Positions 47,536 to 58,978 of a DNA stretch of 61,196 nt are shown here, one piece after another; positions within the stretch are counted from its first letter, which is position 1; each line of letters begins with the position of its first letter. The stretch spans positions 1-61,196 of the forward strand of contig JBFWSA010000009.1 of the NCBI GenBank assembly GCA_050248615.1, in the 5' to 3' direction. Source of the DNA: Simkaniaceae bacterium (GTDB taxonomy: Bacteria; Chlamydiota; Chlamydiia; Chlamydiales; Simkaniaceae). The notes under the pieces were generated by a model. It ran no database searches. It saw only the letters and a list, made by a program, of their open reading frames with translations, and had not been told where the DNA came from. Position numbers and translations under genes: made by a program.

Positions 47536-47958
47536 ATGCCTGTTGAAGGTATAGAGGGAGCCAGTTCGGTTTCTTTGGAGAGAGAAGACTCTAGTCCCAC
47601 ACAAGACAAATCATTAGAGCAAGGGCGCGTAAATCATACGCATCACTACTACGGAAGTTCTATAGAGCCATGCAAAAGTGTACAGGAAGTTTCTGAAGTC
47701 CAAGAGACGGTGCGTTCAAATGTTCTAGGTGCCGTAGGGATTCATCAGACGAGCAAAAAAGATTTTGCCACAACAGCATTACTCTGTTTTTTCTTAGGGT
47801 GTTTTGGGGCGCACCGCTTTTATGCGGGGAAACCCCTTACTGGATGTCTCATGCTTTTCACTTTGGGAGGGCTAGGGATTTGGGCCTTTATTGATTTTCT
47901 CATGATTGTTCTTGGATCCTTTGAAGATGGAGAGGGATTTCCTATCAAACATAAATAG
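47536..47958 (+). CDS. TM2 domain-containing protein
   Basis: LLCFFLGCFGAHRFYAGK...TLGGLGIWAFID signature. Confidence 0.88.
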   Translation: MPVEGIEGASSVSLEREDSSPTQDKSLEQGRVNHTHHYYGSSIEPCKSVQEVSEVQETVRSNVLGAVGIHQTSKKDFATTALLCFFLGCFGAHRFYAGKPLTGCLMLFTLGGLGIWAFIDFLMIVLGSFEDGEGFPIKHK

Positions 47959-48018
47959 TCTTGATAGATTTTTTTTAAGTCGTTAAGATGACGCCCTTTA
48001 ATCAATATAGAGGGCGTT

Positions 48019-50055
48019 ATGAAATCATCCATCATTTCTTTTTTTCTATTGGCCAGTTCTTTATTTGCTGATGAGGGGATGTGGCCCCTTAACATGGTTC
48101 CTAAAGCGGAAATTAGGGAAATGCATGGGATCGAGATCACAGAGAATTGGCTGGATCATGTACAAAAAGCGTGCTTAAGAATGAGCACAGGAGGATCAGG
48201 TTCTTTTGTCTCCGCGCAGGGTTTAGTCCTTACCAATCACCATGTGGGTGCCGAGGCGATTTACAATCTCTCTACCCAAGAGAAAGATCTCTTGAAAGAG
48301 GGGTTTTATGCGAAGACTAGGGAGGAAGAGCGGGCATGTCCCAATATGTATGTCGATCAGCTCATTGCGATTCAAGATGTAACGGACCAGATCACCCTTA
48401 AACTTTCCCCTCTCCTCACACCTGTAGAAAGAGAAAAAGAGCGTAAAATTCTTATCGCGCAAATCCTTGCGCAAGCCAAAGAAGAGACAGGGCTTCAACC
48501 CGAAATGGTTACCTTATATCGTGGCGCCCGTTACCATCTCTATCTTTATAAACGGTATAATGATGTCCGTTTAGTGATGTGTCCTGAGCAAAGCATTGCC
48601 TCTTTTGGAGGGGACATAGAGAATTTTGAATTTCCCCGGCATGCTCTCGATATGTGTTTTTTTCGCGTTTATCATGAGGGAAAGCCTCTTCAAACAGACC
48701 ACTATTTCAAATGGAGTATAGCAGGGCCTCAACAGGAAGAAACCCTTTTTGTCCTAGGACATCCCGGTCGGACAGAGCGCATTTTAACGGCCTCCCATCT
48801 CGCATTTTTAAGAGATTATGAGATTCCTCTCATCTTGAATATGATTGTTGAAAAAATCGAGATACTTGAAGCCTTTAGCGCCCAAAATGAAGAGCGCGCT
48901 CGGATGGCTTCTCACTTGATTCACCGCTATCAAAATGCGTACAAAGTCTATAATGCCTTTAATGAGGGGCTTAAACACTCATCTCTAATCCAAAGAAAAT
49001 CTCAAGCAGAAGAGCTTCTTTTGAAGACTTTAAGTTCAGATGAAACCGCCATTTGGTCGTTTCTAGGAATGACCCTAGAAGAGGCCAAAGCCTTCTATCC
49101 CGAATATTTTGTTTTGGAAAGAATGGGTGGAGCCCATTTTTGTAAGCTATTTACCTGGGCAAGGCTCCTCGTTCGAGCAGCTGATGAACAGCGTAAACCC
49201 AATGAAGAGCGCTTGAGGGAATACCAAGAGAGCGAACTCCCTGCTTTGGAAATGGATCTTCTAGGAGCGCAGCCCATCTATCCTGAAATGGAAGTTGTCC
49301 TTTTAGATGCCAGCTTAGAGAGCTTAAAAGCCCTTCTAGAAGATGAGCATCCCTTGCAGGAATTTTTAATGACCCAAGATGCTGAAACACTCATTAATGA
49401 GAGTCAGCTTTCCGACTTAGATTATCGGAGAAAGCTTTTAGAAGACCCTGCTGCTCTTGCAATGAGCCAGGATCCGTTGATCCTTTTAGCAAGAGCTATC
49501 GATCCCTATGCCCGGAAGATACGTGAGCAGTATGAAGAGGAGTTTTTTGGACCGCAGAAAGAGAGTTATGCCCAGATGACCCATATCCTCTTTAAGCAAA
49601 AAGGGGAGAGCCTCTACCCCGATGCAACATTTACCCTGCGTCTCTCTTTAGGCAAAATGGAAGGATATGAAGAGGGAGGGGAATGGCTCTCTCCTCTAAC
49701 GGACATTGCAGGAGTGTATGCGAAAGCGACCTCCCATGCTGGAGAACCTTTTTATTCCCTTCCCTCTAGCTGGAGAGGAAAAGAGGAGATCTTGAAAGGC
49801 TCGACCCCTTTTAACTTTGTTTCAACCCATGACATTATTGGGGGGAATTCAGGAAGTCCCATGATCAACGCAAAGGGAGAGGTTGTGGGGCTCATTTTTG
49901 ATGGAAATCGCCACTCTTTCCTATGGGACTTTGAGTTTGATCAAACCCTAGGAAGGGCGATCAGCGTCCATTCTGCAGGGATTCTAGAATCTCTTCAGAA
50001 AGTTTATGATGCCCAACGTTTAGTAGAGGAACTCATCCTAATGGATCCTCTCTGA
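48019..50055 (+). CDS. S46-family dipeptidyl peptidase
   Basis: Signal peptide followed by DEGMW; TNHH, YPDATFTLRLS, DIIGGNSGSP and FDGN motifs. Confidence 0.92.
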   Translation: MKSSIISFFLLASSLFADEGMWPLNMVPKAEIREMHGIEITENWLDHVQKACLRMSTGGSGSFVSAQGLVLTNHHVGAEAIYNLSTQEKDLLKEGFYAKTREEERACPNMYVDQLIAIQDVTDQITLKLSPLLTPVEREKERKILIAQILAQAKEETGLQPEMVTLYRGARYHLYLYKRYNDVRLVMCPEQSIASFGGDIENFEFPRHALDMCFFRVYHEGKPLQTDHYFKWSIAGPQQEETLFVLGHPGRTERILTASHLAFLRDYEIPLILNMIVEKIEILEAFSAQNEERARMASHLIHRYQNAYKVYNAFNEGLKHSSLIQRKSQAEELLLKTLSSDETAIWSFLGMTLEEAKAFYPEYFVLERMGGAHFCKLFTWARLLVRAADEQRKPNEERLREYQESELPALEMDLLGAQPIYPEMEVVLLDASLESLKALLEDEHPLQEFLMTQDAETLINESQLSDLDYRRKLLEDPAALAMSQDPLILLARAIDPYARKIREQYEEEFFGPQKESYAQMTHILFKQKGESLYPDATFTLRLSLGKMEGYEEGGEWLSPLTDIAGVYAKATSHAGEPFYSLPSSWRGKEEILKGSTPFNFVSTHDIIGGNSGSPMINAKGEVVGLIFDGNRHSFLWDFEFDQTLGRAISVHSAGILESLQKVYDAQRLVEELILMDPL

Positions 50056-50180
50056 TCATTTTTGTTTTTTCAGGTGGGATTGATCGCGAAAGAATTTTAA
50101 GTTGTTTATTTTTAGCGTAATACGCCTTTATTGACATCTACCAATAAATTTGGTAATATAACTAAAAAGGTTGGTAGATA

Positions 50181-50537
50181 ATGCTAGAGAACTTATTTGG
50201 AAACATTGTGATAGAAAAAGTTCTGTTCTATCTATTGGTAAATGATAAAGGATATGCCTCAAAAATGAGGAGAGCATTGGATATCCCTCTTTATAGTGTG
50301 CAGCGAGCTTTGATGCGACTGGAAAGAGGCGGGATAATTGTTGCACAAACAGAAGGGAAAACTGTTGTATATCACTTCAGTCCTCGCTACCCTTTTCTTG
50401 ATGAGTTAAAAGCCTTATTAAAAAAATCCTACGCATCTTTGCCCGAAAAAATAAAGAATCGATATTATGAATCCATAGAACGAACACGTCCTCGTAGAAG
50501 AGGAAAGCCTTTAAAGAAGGTAAAAGACAATGATTGA
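50181..50537 (+). CDS. Winged-helix DNA-binding protein (putative antitoxin/regulator)
   Basis: LFGN...VQRALMRLERGGI wHTH pattern; C-terminal RTRPRRRGKPL. Confidence 0.7.
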   Translation: MLENLFGNIVIEKVLFYLLVNDKGYASKMRRALDIPLYSVQRALMRLERGGIIVAQTEGKTVVYHFSPRYPFLDELKALLKKSYASLPEKIKNRYYESIERTRPRRRGKPLKKVKDND

Positions 50538-51068
50538 TTGGCAGCAGATTTCATTAGAAGATTTAGCAGGCTATATTTCCGAGAAATTAAGGCAAAAGGG
50601 AATAGATGTGATCTTAGTTGGAGGAGGGTGTGTTACGATTTATTCTAATAATCGTTACCAATCTTATGATTTGGATTTTGTAACTTATGAAGATATGAGT
50701 AAAGTTAGAAAAGTCTTAATGGGAGAGGGATTCAAAGAAAAGAATCGTTATTTTAAACATCATAAATGTCCCTATATTATTGAATTTGTAACGCCACCAG
50801 TTGCCATTGGAAAAGACCCTATTCATCATTTTGAAAGAATCAAAACAAAACTAGGAACGATTAAATTACTTCGTTTGGAGGATAGTGTGAAAGATCGTTT
50901 GGCGAGTTTTTTCACTGGAACGATAGAGAGGGACTTGAACAAGCTATGGATATCTGTCTTGAGAGAAAAGTTGATCTCAATGAAGTTAAAATCTGGGCAG
51001 ATAATGAGGGTTATTTAGAAAAATTTAATACATTTCATCAAGACTTAAAGAAAAAACAGGAAAGTTAG
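50530..51068 (+). pseudogene. Nucleotidyltransferase-like protein frameshifted at a T6 tract
   Basis: VGGGC...SYDLDF NTase motif; the alternative frame after 50912 continues HWNDREGLEQA...WADNEG to a stop at 51068. Confidence 0.65.
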
Positions 51069-52195
51069 TGGGCGAGGGGAGTTTGCCAGTAGGGGTGGGT
51101 GAGGTCTTTTTCGTAATCGCCTGTTTCTTCACTATAGACTTTAGGAGGGTTCAGATTAGGACCATACTTGATTGTTAAAAAAGTAGTCACGTCATGAGGA
51201 ACGGGGACTTCAATTCCATCAAAGAGCCCCCATTTTAAAGGAAACACCGTCTCAAAAGGGATGGGAGAAGCTTGCAGTAACTCCCGCTTTTTCCACTTAT
51301 CCGCCATAAAGGGGCTATCTAAGTGAGCGATGAAATATTGAATCGTTTTGTTTTTTGCATCGATAGAATGGGTGTAGATATCGATATGGTTATGGCTCTC
51401 TTTAACATAAACCCGGATATAGGTTTTAGCGCGATCTCTTCCTGACCAATCTTGAGCGACGCATTTTTTGGGGTCGAGCTCATTGAGGGCGTTTTTGGCA
51501 TTTTGAAAGTCTGGCATTAAGATGGAAAGATCGAGGTCATTATCCCAAGGGATCACCCCCCCATAGCGGTAAGTTCCGATCAGTGTTCCGCAATCGACCC
51601 AAAACGGAATCTCGTGCTTGTGAAAAATGCGGGCAATTTCCTTAAGAGCCTCTTTATCCGCTTGCAGCACATTTTCATCCCCAGGGCGTCTTTGATACCC
51701 TTGGGAGAGGAGTTTCTCTCCTTGTTTCCAATCTGTGATTTCCATTCCGAGGGCTTGGTAATTTGCATTTTCTGAAATCACCTTTGTAGATTTTAGTTGC
51801 TTTTGAAGCGCTTGATGACGGATGCGCACTTCAGGAGAAAGGAGAGCGATCGCTTTAAGGGTTCCCCCTATCACTAAACTGGGGGTGAAAAACGTGAGAG
51901 CAAAGGGGGAATAAACTCGTTTCCCGGTGAGATATTGATATCTCTGCTTAAGCGTAAATTTTTCGGAAGCTCCATCCCAAGAGATCTCTTTCCCATTACA
52001 TAAATAATGGACCGGAGCGAGGACTGCATTAGCTGCCCATTCGACTCCCTGAGCCTCATTAAAATTTGTGTTTAAGAGCGCTGAAGAGGCAAATAGATGA
52101 TACAGATAGACGAGAACGAGACCGTGATGGACGATTCCGTTAGAGATACCCGGAAAAAACTTACAAATTTTTACAATGAGGTCTATAATGCTCAT
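51065..52195 (-). CDS. LicD-family nucleotidyltransferase-fold protein
   Basis: GTLIGTYRYGGVIPWDNDLD, IDIY and LTIKYG motifs. Confidence 0.88.
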   Translation of the reverse strand: MSIIDLIVKICKFFPGISNGIVHHGLVLVYLYHLFASSALLNTNFNEAQGVEWAANAVLAPVHYLCNGKEISWDGASEKFTLKQRYQYLTGKRVYSPFALTFFTPSLVIGGTLKAIALLSPEVRIRHQALQKQLKSTKVISENANYQALGMEITDWKQGEKLLSQGYQRRPGDENVLQADKEALKEIARIFHKHEIPFWVDCGTLIGTYRYGGVIPWDNDLDLSILMPDFQNAKNALNELDPKKCVAQDWSGRDRAKTYIRVYVKESHNHIDIYTHSIDAKNKTIQYFIAHLDSPFMADKWKKRELLQASPIPFETVFPLKWGLFDGIEVPVPHDVTTFLTIKYGPNLNPPKVYSEETGDYEKDLTHPYWQTPLAH

Positions 52196-52236
52196 GCCTA
52201 GGTACTTTAATCCATTTTATTTTTTCAGGCAATGCT

Positions 52237-52671
52237 ATGAAGATTTATGAATATGAACCCGAAGACTTTATCCCCCTCCTCACGATTGTGGGATGCTACT
52301 GCACCTGCCAAGGGCGTATTCTCCTCCTCAAGCGCCATCCTGAGACTTTTTCCCCTGAAAAATGGTGTCTTCCCGCAGGAAAGCTGGAACCCAATGAATC
52401 TCGACTAGAAGGGGCGCGCCGCGAACTCCATGAAGAAACAGGCCTCACTCCCGAAAACCTTATCCCTCTGGGAACGGTCTATCTCTCTTTTCCCGATTAT
52501 GCCTACGATTTTGCTATCTATCACGCCCCCTTTGAAAAAGAGCCTGCGCTCCACCTCGATCTTAACGAACACACCGAAGCCCTCTGGGTTACCCACGATG
52601 AGGCTCTCCAATTGCCCCTCATCCAAGGGGGCGATCGCATTCTCAATTACTGCAAAAAAAGCCGCTCCTAG
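52237..52671 (+). CDS. NUDIX hydrolase
   Basis: Nudix box PAGKLEPNESRLEGARRELHEETGL. Confidence 0.9.
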   Translation: MKIYEYEPEDFIPLLTIVGCYCTCQGRILLLKRHPETFSPEKWCLPAGKLEPNESRLEGARRELHEETGLTPENLIPLGTVYLSFPDYAYDFAIYHAPFEKEPALHLDLNEHTEALWVTHDEALQLPLIQGGDRILNYCKKSRS

Positions 52672-52680
52672 AGAGCGGCT
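52654..52680 (-). terminator. Rho-independent terminator for 52715-53530
   Basis: AGCCGCTC-CTAGA-GAGCGGCT stem with an A7 run, i.e. a T tract on the minus strand. Confidence 0.6.
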
Positions 52681-52714
52681 CTAACTTATGATTTCTAATA
52701 GGATAGAAATAGAT

Positions 52715-53530
52715 TTACTGGGTTACTGCATGCATGATTAAATTCTGTAATAAGGCTTCGTTTCTGCTGTTATTGAAGCTATTTGCAACATGTATCCAAA
52801 GACCTTCATCTGAAGTTTTATCACCTCGAGGCTGTTCTTTTAATGGGAAGAGTAAGAGAGATGCAAGGTGTTGATACTCTTCTATAGTGATTTTTCCTTT
52901 AAGCATGCTGGATCCTATTTTTGTAAGAACAGTATTGAGGTTTCTGACTTCAGCAGGAGATAAGTTTTGAATGACAGAGTGGTAAACACTACTGGGGGAC
53001 AACCTTTCAATATCTTCTCCAGCCATTTTGTGGAATCGGGAAAGATTTTCTTGAGGAATCACTGGATACATTTTAAGAAAAGTGCCCAATGCTTGCGTAT
53101 TATCGATTTTACTAAGGATAGAGAATTGGGTGTCTAATGCTTTTTCATCAGAATCCTTAACCGCTTCTTCTAGTTTTAATCCTGAGCTTGGACATGCAGG
53201 TTTGGGAAAATGGATCCCCACAAACTTTTGTCGGATAGGTTGCTCTACTTTTGGTAGTGATAACTCGGGAGGAGAATCTGGGATACCATCTTCTGAATCA
53301 AATTCTATATCCTCTTCACTACCCAAGCTTGAAAAAGAAACATAGCTATAGGAAGAGGAGCTTTTAGAATCAAAACTGCGATGAGGATTGTAGCTCTCAG
53401 CTAATTGCCCTTCATTAATATAACCTTCAGCGCTTCTTGAGAGTCTTAGGTCTTCTTGAGCTTTTAGCTTGAAAGAGCTTTCTGGAGAATGTTGTATTTG
53501 ACTTGATTCAGCAATACCTTTAGCGGACAT
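52715..53530 (-). CDS. Hypothetical protein with Ser-rich N-terminus
   Basis: 271-aa ORF; low-complexity Ser/acidic N-terminal third; GGAGG RBS. Confidence 0.7.
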   Translation of the reverse strand: MSAKGIAESSQIQHSPESSFKLKAQEDLRLSRSAEGYINEGQLAESYNPHRSFDSKSSSSYSYVSFSSLGSEEDIEFDSEDGIPDSPPELSLPKVEQPIRQKFVGIHFPKPACPSSGLKLEEAVKDSDEKALDTQFSILSKIDNTQALGTFLKMYPVIPQENLSRFHKMAGEDIERLSPSSVYHSVIQNLSPAEVRNLNTVLTKIGSSMLKGKITIEEYQHLASLLLFPLKEQPRGDKTSDEGLWIHVANSFNNSRNEALLQNLIMHAVTQ

Positions 53531-53704
53531 ATTGCTATCCCTCCCTTTTCTTTTTTTACCTAGTTTAATTATATAAAATTAAATATTTAATTAAAATGTA
53601 ATTAATATTTTAATAATTTATATTATGATGAATTTTAATAACTTATATTAATGTTTAAATTATTAGAAGTTTTGGCTATGAGGGAAGAAAATAAGGAGCT
53701 AGTG

Positions 53705-54562
53705 ATGACAGAGGGTTTACGGAAGCCTCCAGCTAAGGTGGAAATGCCTCATTTAGAGCTACCTAAGGTTTTATCGGGACAAAAAGCCTTGGTGACAGGG
53801 TCGAGTTCAGGGATTGGAAAGGGGGTCGCTATTGCTTTTGCACAGGCAGGGGCAGATGTGGTGGTCAACTATGCGGGTTCGAAAGAGAAGGCTGAGGAGG
53901 TCGCTCAGGAGGCCTCTAAGTTTGGGGGGAAGGTGTTAGTTCTAAAGGCCGATGTTTCAAAGGAGCAGGAGGTTCAGGCTCTATTCCAAGCGATGGTTAA
54001 AGAGATGGGGACGGTCGATATCTTGGTGAATAATGCGGGACTTCAGAAGGATGCTCCATTTGCCGAGATGACTTTGGATCAGTGGAATCAGGTGATCGGA
54101 ATTAATCTCACGGGGCAATTCTTGTGTGCGCGTGAGGCAATCCGAGAGTTTTTAAAGAGGGGTGTGGTGAAGACTGTTTCCTGTGCTGCGGGGAAGATCA
54201 TTTGTATGAGTTCAGTCCATGAAATGATCCCTTGGGCAGGGCACGCCAATTATGCGGCTTCAAAAGGGGGCGTGATGCTGCTGATGAAGAGTTTAGCGCA
54301 GGAATATGCAGCGCAGCGGATTCGCGTCAATAGCATCTGCCCTGGAGCCATTCGGACACCGATCAATAAAGAGGCCTGGGATACCCCAGAAGCCTACAAC
54401 AAGTTGATGAATGTAATCCCGTATAAACGGATCGGGGAGATCGAAGATATTGGAAGGGCTGCGGTGTGGTTAGCCTCAGATTTAGCCGATTATGTGAATG
54501 GGATTAGCCTCTTTGTCGATGGGGGCATGACCCTTTTCCCCGGTTTTACCACGAATGGTTAG
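53705..54562 (+). CDS. SDR oxidoreductase (glucose 1-dehydrogenase-like)
   Basis: TGSSSGIG, NNAG, SSVHE.IPW and YAASK motifs; start chosen by the AAGGAG RBS. Confidence 0.9.
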   Translation: MTEGLRKPPAKVEMPHLELPKVLSGQKALVTGSSSGIGKGVAIAFAQAGADVVVNYAGSKEKAEEVAQEASKFGGKVLVLKADVSKEQEVQALFQAMVKEMGTVDILVNNAGLQKDAPFAEMTLDQWNQVIGINLTGQFLCAREAIREFLKRGVVKTVSCAAGKIICMSSVHEMIPWAGHANYAASKGGVMLLMKSLAQEYAAQRIRVNSICPGAIRTPINKEAWDTPEAYNKLMNVIPYKRIGEIEDIGRAAVWLASDLADYVNGISLFVDGGMTLFPGFTTNG

Positions 54563-56064
54563 TGAGGGGTCTCTTCAGGGGCGTTATAGGGATGAGGGGT
54601 TTCATGGGGAGCTTTCTCTTGGATCAGCTTTTTGAGAAAGGGAACGAGGCACAGAAGGAGGATGGCTCCAATAATGGCGCTCCATCCTAGGATAGTGAAG
54701 GTATGAGAGAAGGCTTGATTTGCATCAAGGGGGTGGCTGAGAGTATTGCGACTGATTGTGAGTTGAGAGAAGTAGTTCGAGAGAGTCGCAGCGATTCCCA
54801 CAACCATGAGCCAGGTTCCCATCATCATCCCTTGCAATTTGCAGGGAATCAATTGTCCAATCATAGCATAGCCTATGGGGGAGATGAGAAGCTCTCCTAA
54901 GCTTTGCAGGATGTAGGAGATCACAATCCAAGAAAAGGCTGTTTTCCCTCCGGGTCCTGCAAAATAGATTCCTGCGGGAAGAATGGCAAAAGCGATTCCG
55001 ATTAAGAGTAACGCAAAGGTAAATTGAATAGGAATGCGGATAGTGTACCCACGTGTGCGTAGTTTTTTGTAGATATGAGCCATAAGGGGGCCCCCTATAA
55101 TAATGATCAATGTATTGATATTAAGCATCCATTGAGGAGGGACTTTAAAGCCTAAAACGACGCGATCGACATTGTGGGTGATGAAGAGCATGAGTCCCAT
55201 GGGAGCCATTTGATACAGGGTCCAGAAAATGAGGGAGGCGAGAAGTAAAATGAGAAAGGCCCACATTTTTTTTGCGGCTTCTGCTCCTCTTTGCTGAAAG
55301 ATTAAGCAGATAATGACAATGAGCATCATTAGGCCCACTAAGAGGATGAAATCGTTACTAAATGTGGCATGATTGAGGAACCATCTCAGAGCAAATCCAA
55401 TGACTAAAGTGAATAAGATCCCCATTATTGCTAATAAGAAGTGTTTTTTTGCCCCAGTGTGAGTGAGGTAGGTGTCTTTGTCTTTAAGCGCACTCCAATG
55501 GGTTATCACGAGCATAAGAGCGATTAAATTTCCGACCCCTGCAGCTAAGAAAAGAGGGGAGTATGAGGCGGAAATTTGAAAGATACCGCTTAGGGTAAAT
55601 CCAATCAGAAAGCCGATATTCATCCCGCTATAATTCCAGAGAAAGGCAGACTCCCGATTTTTGTCGTGGGGTTCGAAGAGTTGGGTGACCATACAATTCA
55701 CGCAGGTGACATTGAGTCCACATCCTGTAAGGAAGGCTGCTAGCCCCCAATAAAGGGAGTCTAATGTGGTTAGGGATAATAGGGCGCATCCGACCATTTG
55801 AAAGACCATCCCCATCCCAAAGAGGAGGCGGTAGCTTAAGTATCTTCCGCCGATATATCCCCCCAGGAGGTGAAGGAAGAAATTGAAGGCAACAAAGCTC
55901 CCGGTGATAGCTATTGCCTTGTCAGGATCTAATTGTAATCCCTTAGTGATGAAGAGAACAAGGGTTGAGTAAAGGACGCTAAAGCTGAGCGTAGAAAAGA
56001 TCTGGATGAAAAATAGAGAACGGATGCCACGGAGTTGAGGTTTTGTTAAGGGGAGGTGGGTCAT
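54559..56064 (-). CDS. POT/PTR-family peptide:H+ symporter (MFS)
   Basis: About 14 TM helices; RESAF..NYSGMNIG, FWTLYQ and GELLISPIG motifs. Confidence 0.88.
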   Translation of the reverse strand: MTHLPLTKPQLRGIRSLFFIQIFSTLSFSVLYSTLVLFITKGLQLDPDKAIAITGSFVAFNFFLHLLGGYIGGRYLSYRLLFGMGMVFQMVGCALLSLTTLDSLYWGLAAFLTGCGLNVTCVNCMVTQLFEPHDKNRESAFLWNYSGMNIGFLIGFTLSGIFQISASYSPLFLAAGVGNLIALMLVITHWSALKDKDTYLTHTGAKKHFLLAIMGILFTLVIGFALRWFLNHATFSNDFILLVGLMMLIVIICLIFQQRGAEAAKKMWAFLILLLASLIFWTLYQMAPMGLMLFITHNVDRVVLGFKVPPQWMLNINTLIIIIGGPLMAHIYKKLRTRGYTIRIPIQFTFALLLIGIAFAILPAGIYFAGPGGKTAFSWIVISYILQSLGELLISPIGYAMIGQLIPCKLQGMMMGTWLMVVGIAATLSNYFSQLTISRNTLSHPLDANQAFSHTFTILGWSAIIGAILLLCLVPFLKKLIQEKAPHETPHPYNAPEETPH

Positions 56065-56726
56065 AAGAAGGGGATCACTCCTTTGATAATATCTACAGGG
56101 GCATCAATGATGGCTTTAAGCCCTTTTTGTAAGAAGATTTGTTGCATCATTTGTTGAATAATGATTTCTGAGATTTCCTGAGTGGGGATCCCTTTATCAG
56201 ATCGGATATTATTGAATTCGAGGCGCTCAATGGGGGAGAGGCGGTAGTATTTCCCATCTGAAAGAATGAGATCTATTTGGATGTTTGTCAAGATGAGCTT
56301 TTTGATTACGGTGATCCGTTCAACTGAAAGAGGGCTTCTATGATCCTCTGAGAGATTCTTCATGAGGGTTTGCCAATTCCCTTCTGTTTGATCTTTGTTA
56401 TAGATCTGAATGTTGACATAGACATTGTTTAGTTCGATTTTTTCGATGAGGATGGGATCTTCTATGTAGTTTTTGTAGGGAGCTTCCACGTTTACCGTTT
56501 GTACTTTTAGGGCTGTGGGAAGTTGCGCCTTGGGAGGGTTTCCGATTTGGATCTCGGTGATGGTGAAAGATTCCTTATAAAAATCGATGGCATGAATAGT
56601 GACAGGTGTTTGTGTTTTGTTTGAGATAATTTTAGCTAAAAGAGGGGCTGCATTTTTATAAGCGAGGTAGCCCAGGCCACCGACAATGATGAGGATAGAT
56701 AGGAGGATCAGGAATAACTTCTTCAT
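56061..56726 (-). CDS. AsmA-like/hypothetical membrane-anchored protein
   Basis: ATG 56726 with GGAG RBS; single N-terminal TM followed by a beta-rich domain. Confidence 0.65.
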   Translation of the reverse strand: MKKLFLILLSILIIVGGLGYLAYKNAAPLLAKIISNKTQTPVTIHAIDFYKESFTITEIQIGNPPKAQLPTALKVQTVNVEAPYKNYIEDPILIEKIELNNVYVNIQIYNKDQTEGNWQTLMKNLSEDHRSPLSVERITVIKKLILTNIQIDLILSDGKYYRLSPIERLEFNNIRSDKGIPTQEISEIIIQQMMQQIFLQKGLKAIIDAPVDIIKGVIPFL

Positions 56727-56753
56727 ATCTCCAGCGATAAACGAATAGAGGAT

Positions 56754-56789
56754 AAAAAAAAAGCACTTCGATGAAGAAGTGCTTTTTTT
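56754..56789 (-). terminator. groESL terminator (bidirectional-type)
   Basis: A-run-GCACTTC-GATGAA-GAAGTGC-T-run just after the groEL stop. Confidence 0.75.
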
Positions 56790-56810
56790 GTAGGACAATG
56801 AGTCAGGAGT

Positions 56811-58454
<1,644 letters not shown>

Positions 58455-58769
58455 CTATTCTTCAATAATTGCAATGATGTCATCCGATCTAAGGACAACG
58501 TATTCTTCGTTATCAACAGTCACTTCTTGACCCGAATACTTATCCATTAGGACTTTGTCCCCTTTTTTAACAGGCATGGGGAGGACTTTTCCTTCTGGAG
58601 TTGTTTTTCCACTCCCGACGGCGATCACAAGAGCGACCTCTTGCTTTTTTTTAGCTGTCTCAGGAAGGATGATCCCTCCCTTTAAGGTTTCTTCCTTTTC
58701 CATGCGTTGGACAAGGACCCGATTTCCAACAGGTTTAAGAGAAACTTTCTTTTGAGTTTGTTGTGTCAT
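58455..58769 (-). CDS. groES: Co-chaperonin GroES
   Basis: [16 protein letters not shown] and DIIAII motifs. Confidence 0.97.
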   Translation of the reverse strand: MTQQTQKKVSLKPVGNRVLVQRMEKEETLKGGIILPETAKKKQEVALVIAVGSGKTTPEGKVLPMPVKKGDKVLMDKYSGQEVTVDNEEYVVLRSDDIIAIIEE

Positions 58770-58819
58770 AGTTATTTGCTCCTCCTTTATGAGAAATGTA
58801 GTATAACTTTCTAGTTCTT

Positions 58820-58848
58820 AAGATAGATGAGCTACCAATTTTTTTCAA
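58820..58848 (-). promoter_or_regulatory. Putative sigma66/70 promoter of groESL
   Basis: TTGAAA-17 nt-TATCTT on the minus strand, adjacent to the CIRCE site. Confidence 0.55.
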
Positions 58849-58854
58849 GAAAAT

Positions 58855-58881
58855 TTAGCACTTTCAAATCTCAGTTGCTAA
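58855..58881. promoter_or_regulatory. CIRCE element (HrcA operator)
   Basis: TTAGCACTT-N9-AGTTGCTAA versus consensus TTAGCACTC-N9-GAGTGCTAA, upstream of groES. Confidence 0.85.
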
Positions 58882-58978
58882 TTGAATTTTTTATTTGCGA
58901 AGGAATCAAAAAAAATGTCCTGTACTAAGATCAAAAGATGAGGTAATTTGAAGAGCCTTAATTATAGAGGATTTATGT

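Noticed and set aside
53560..53660. Extremely AT-rich tract as a possible replication origin (also 29640-29710)
   Set aside because: No DnaA-box cluster or iterons seen; consistent with an ordinary AT-rich intergenic or promoter region.
56727..56798. N-terminal extension of ORF 56061-56798
   Set aside because: It reads through the groEL terminator hairpin; ATG 56726 has its own RBS.
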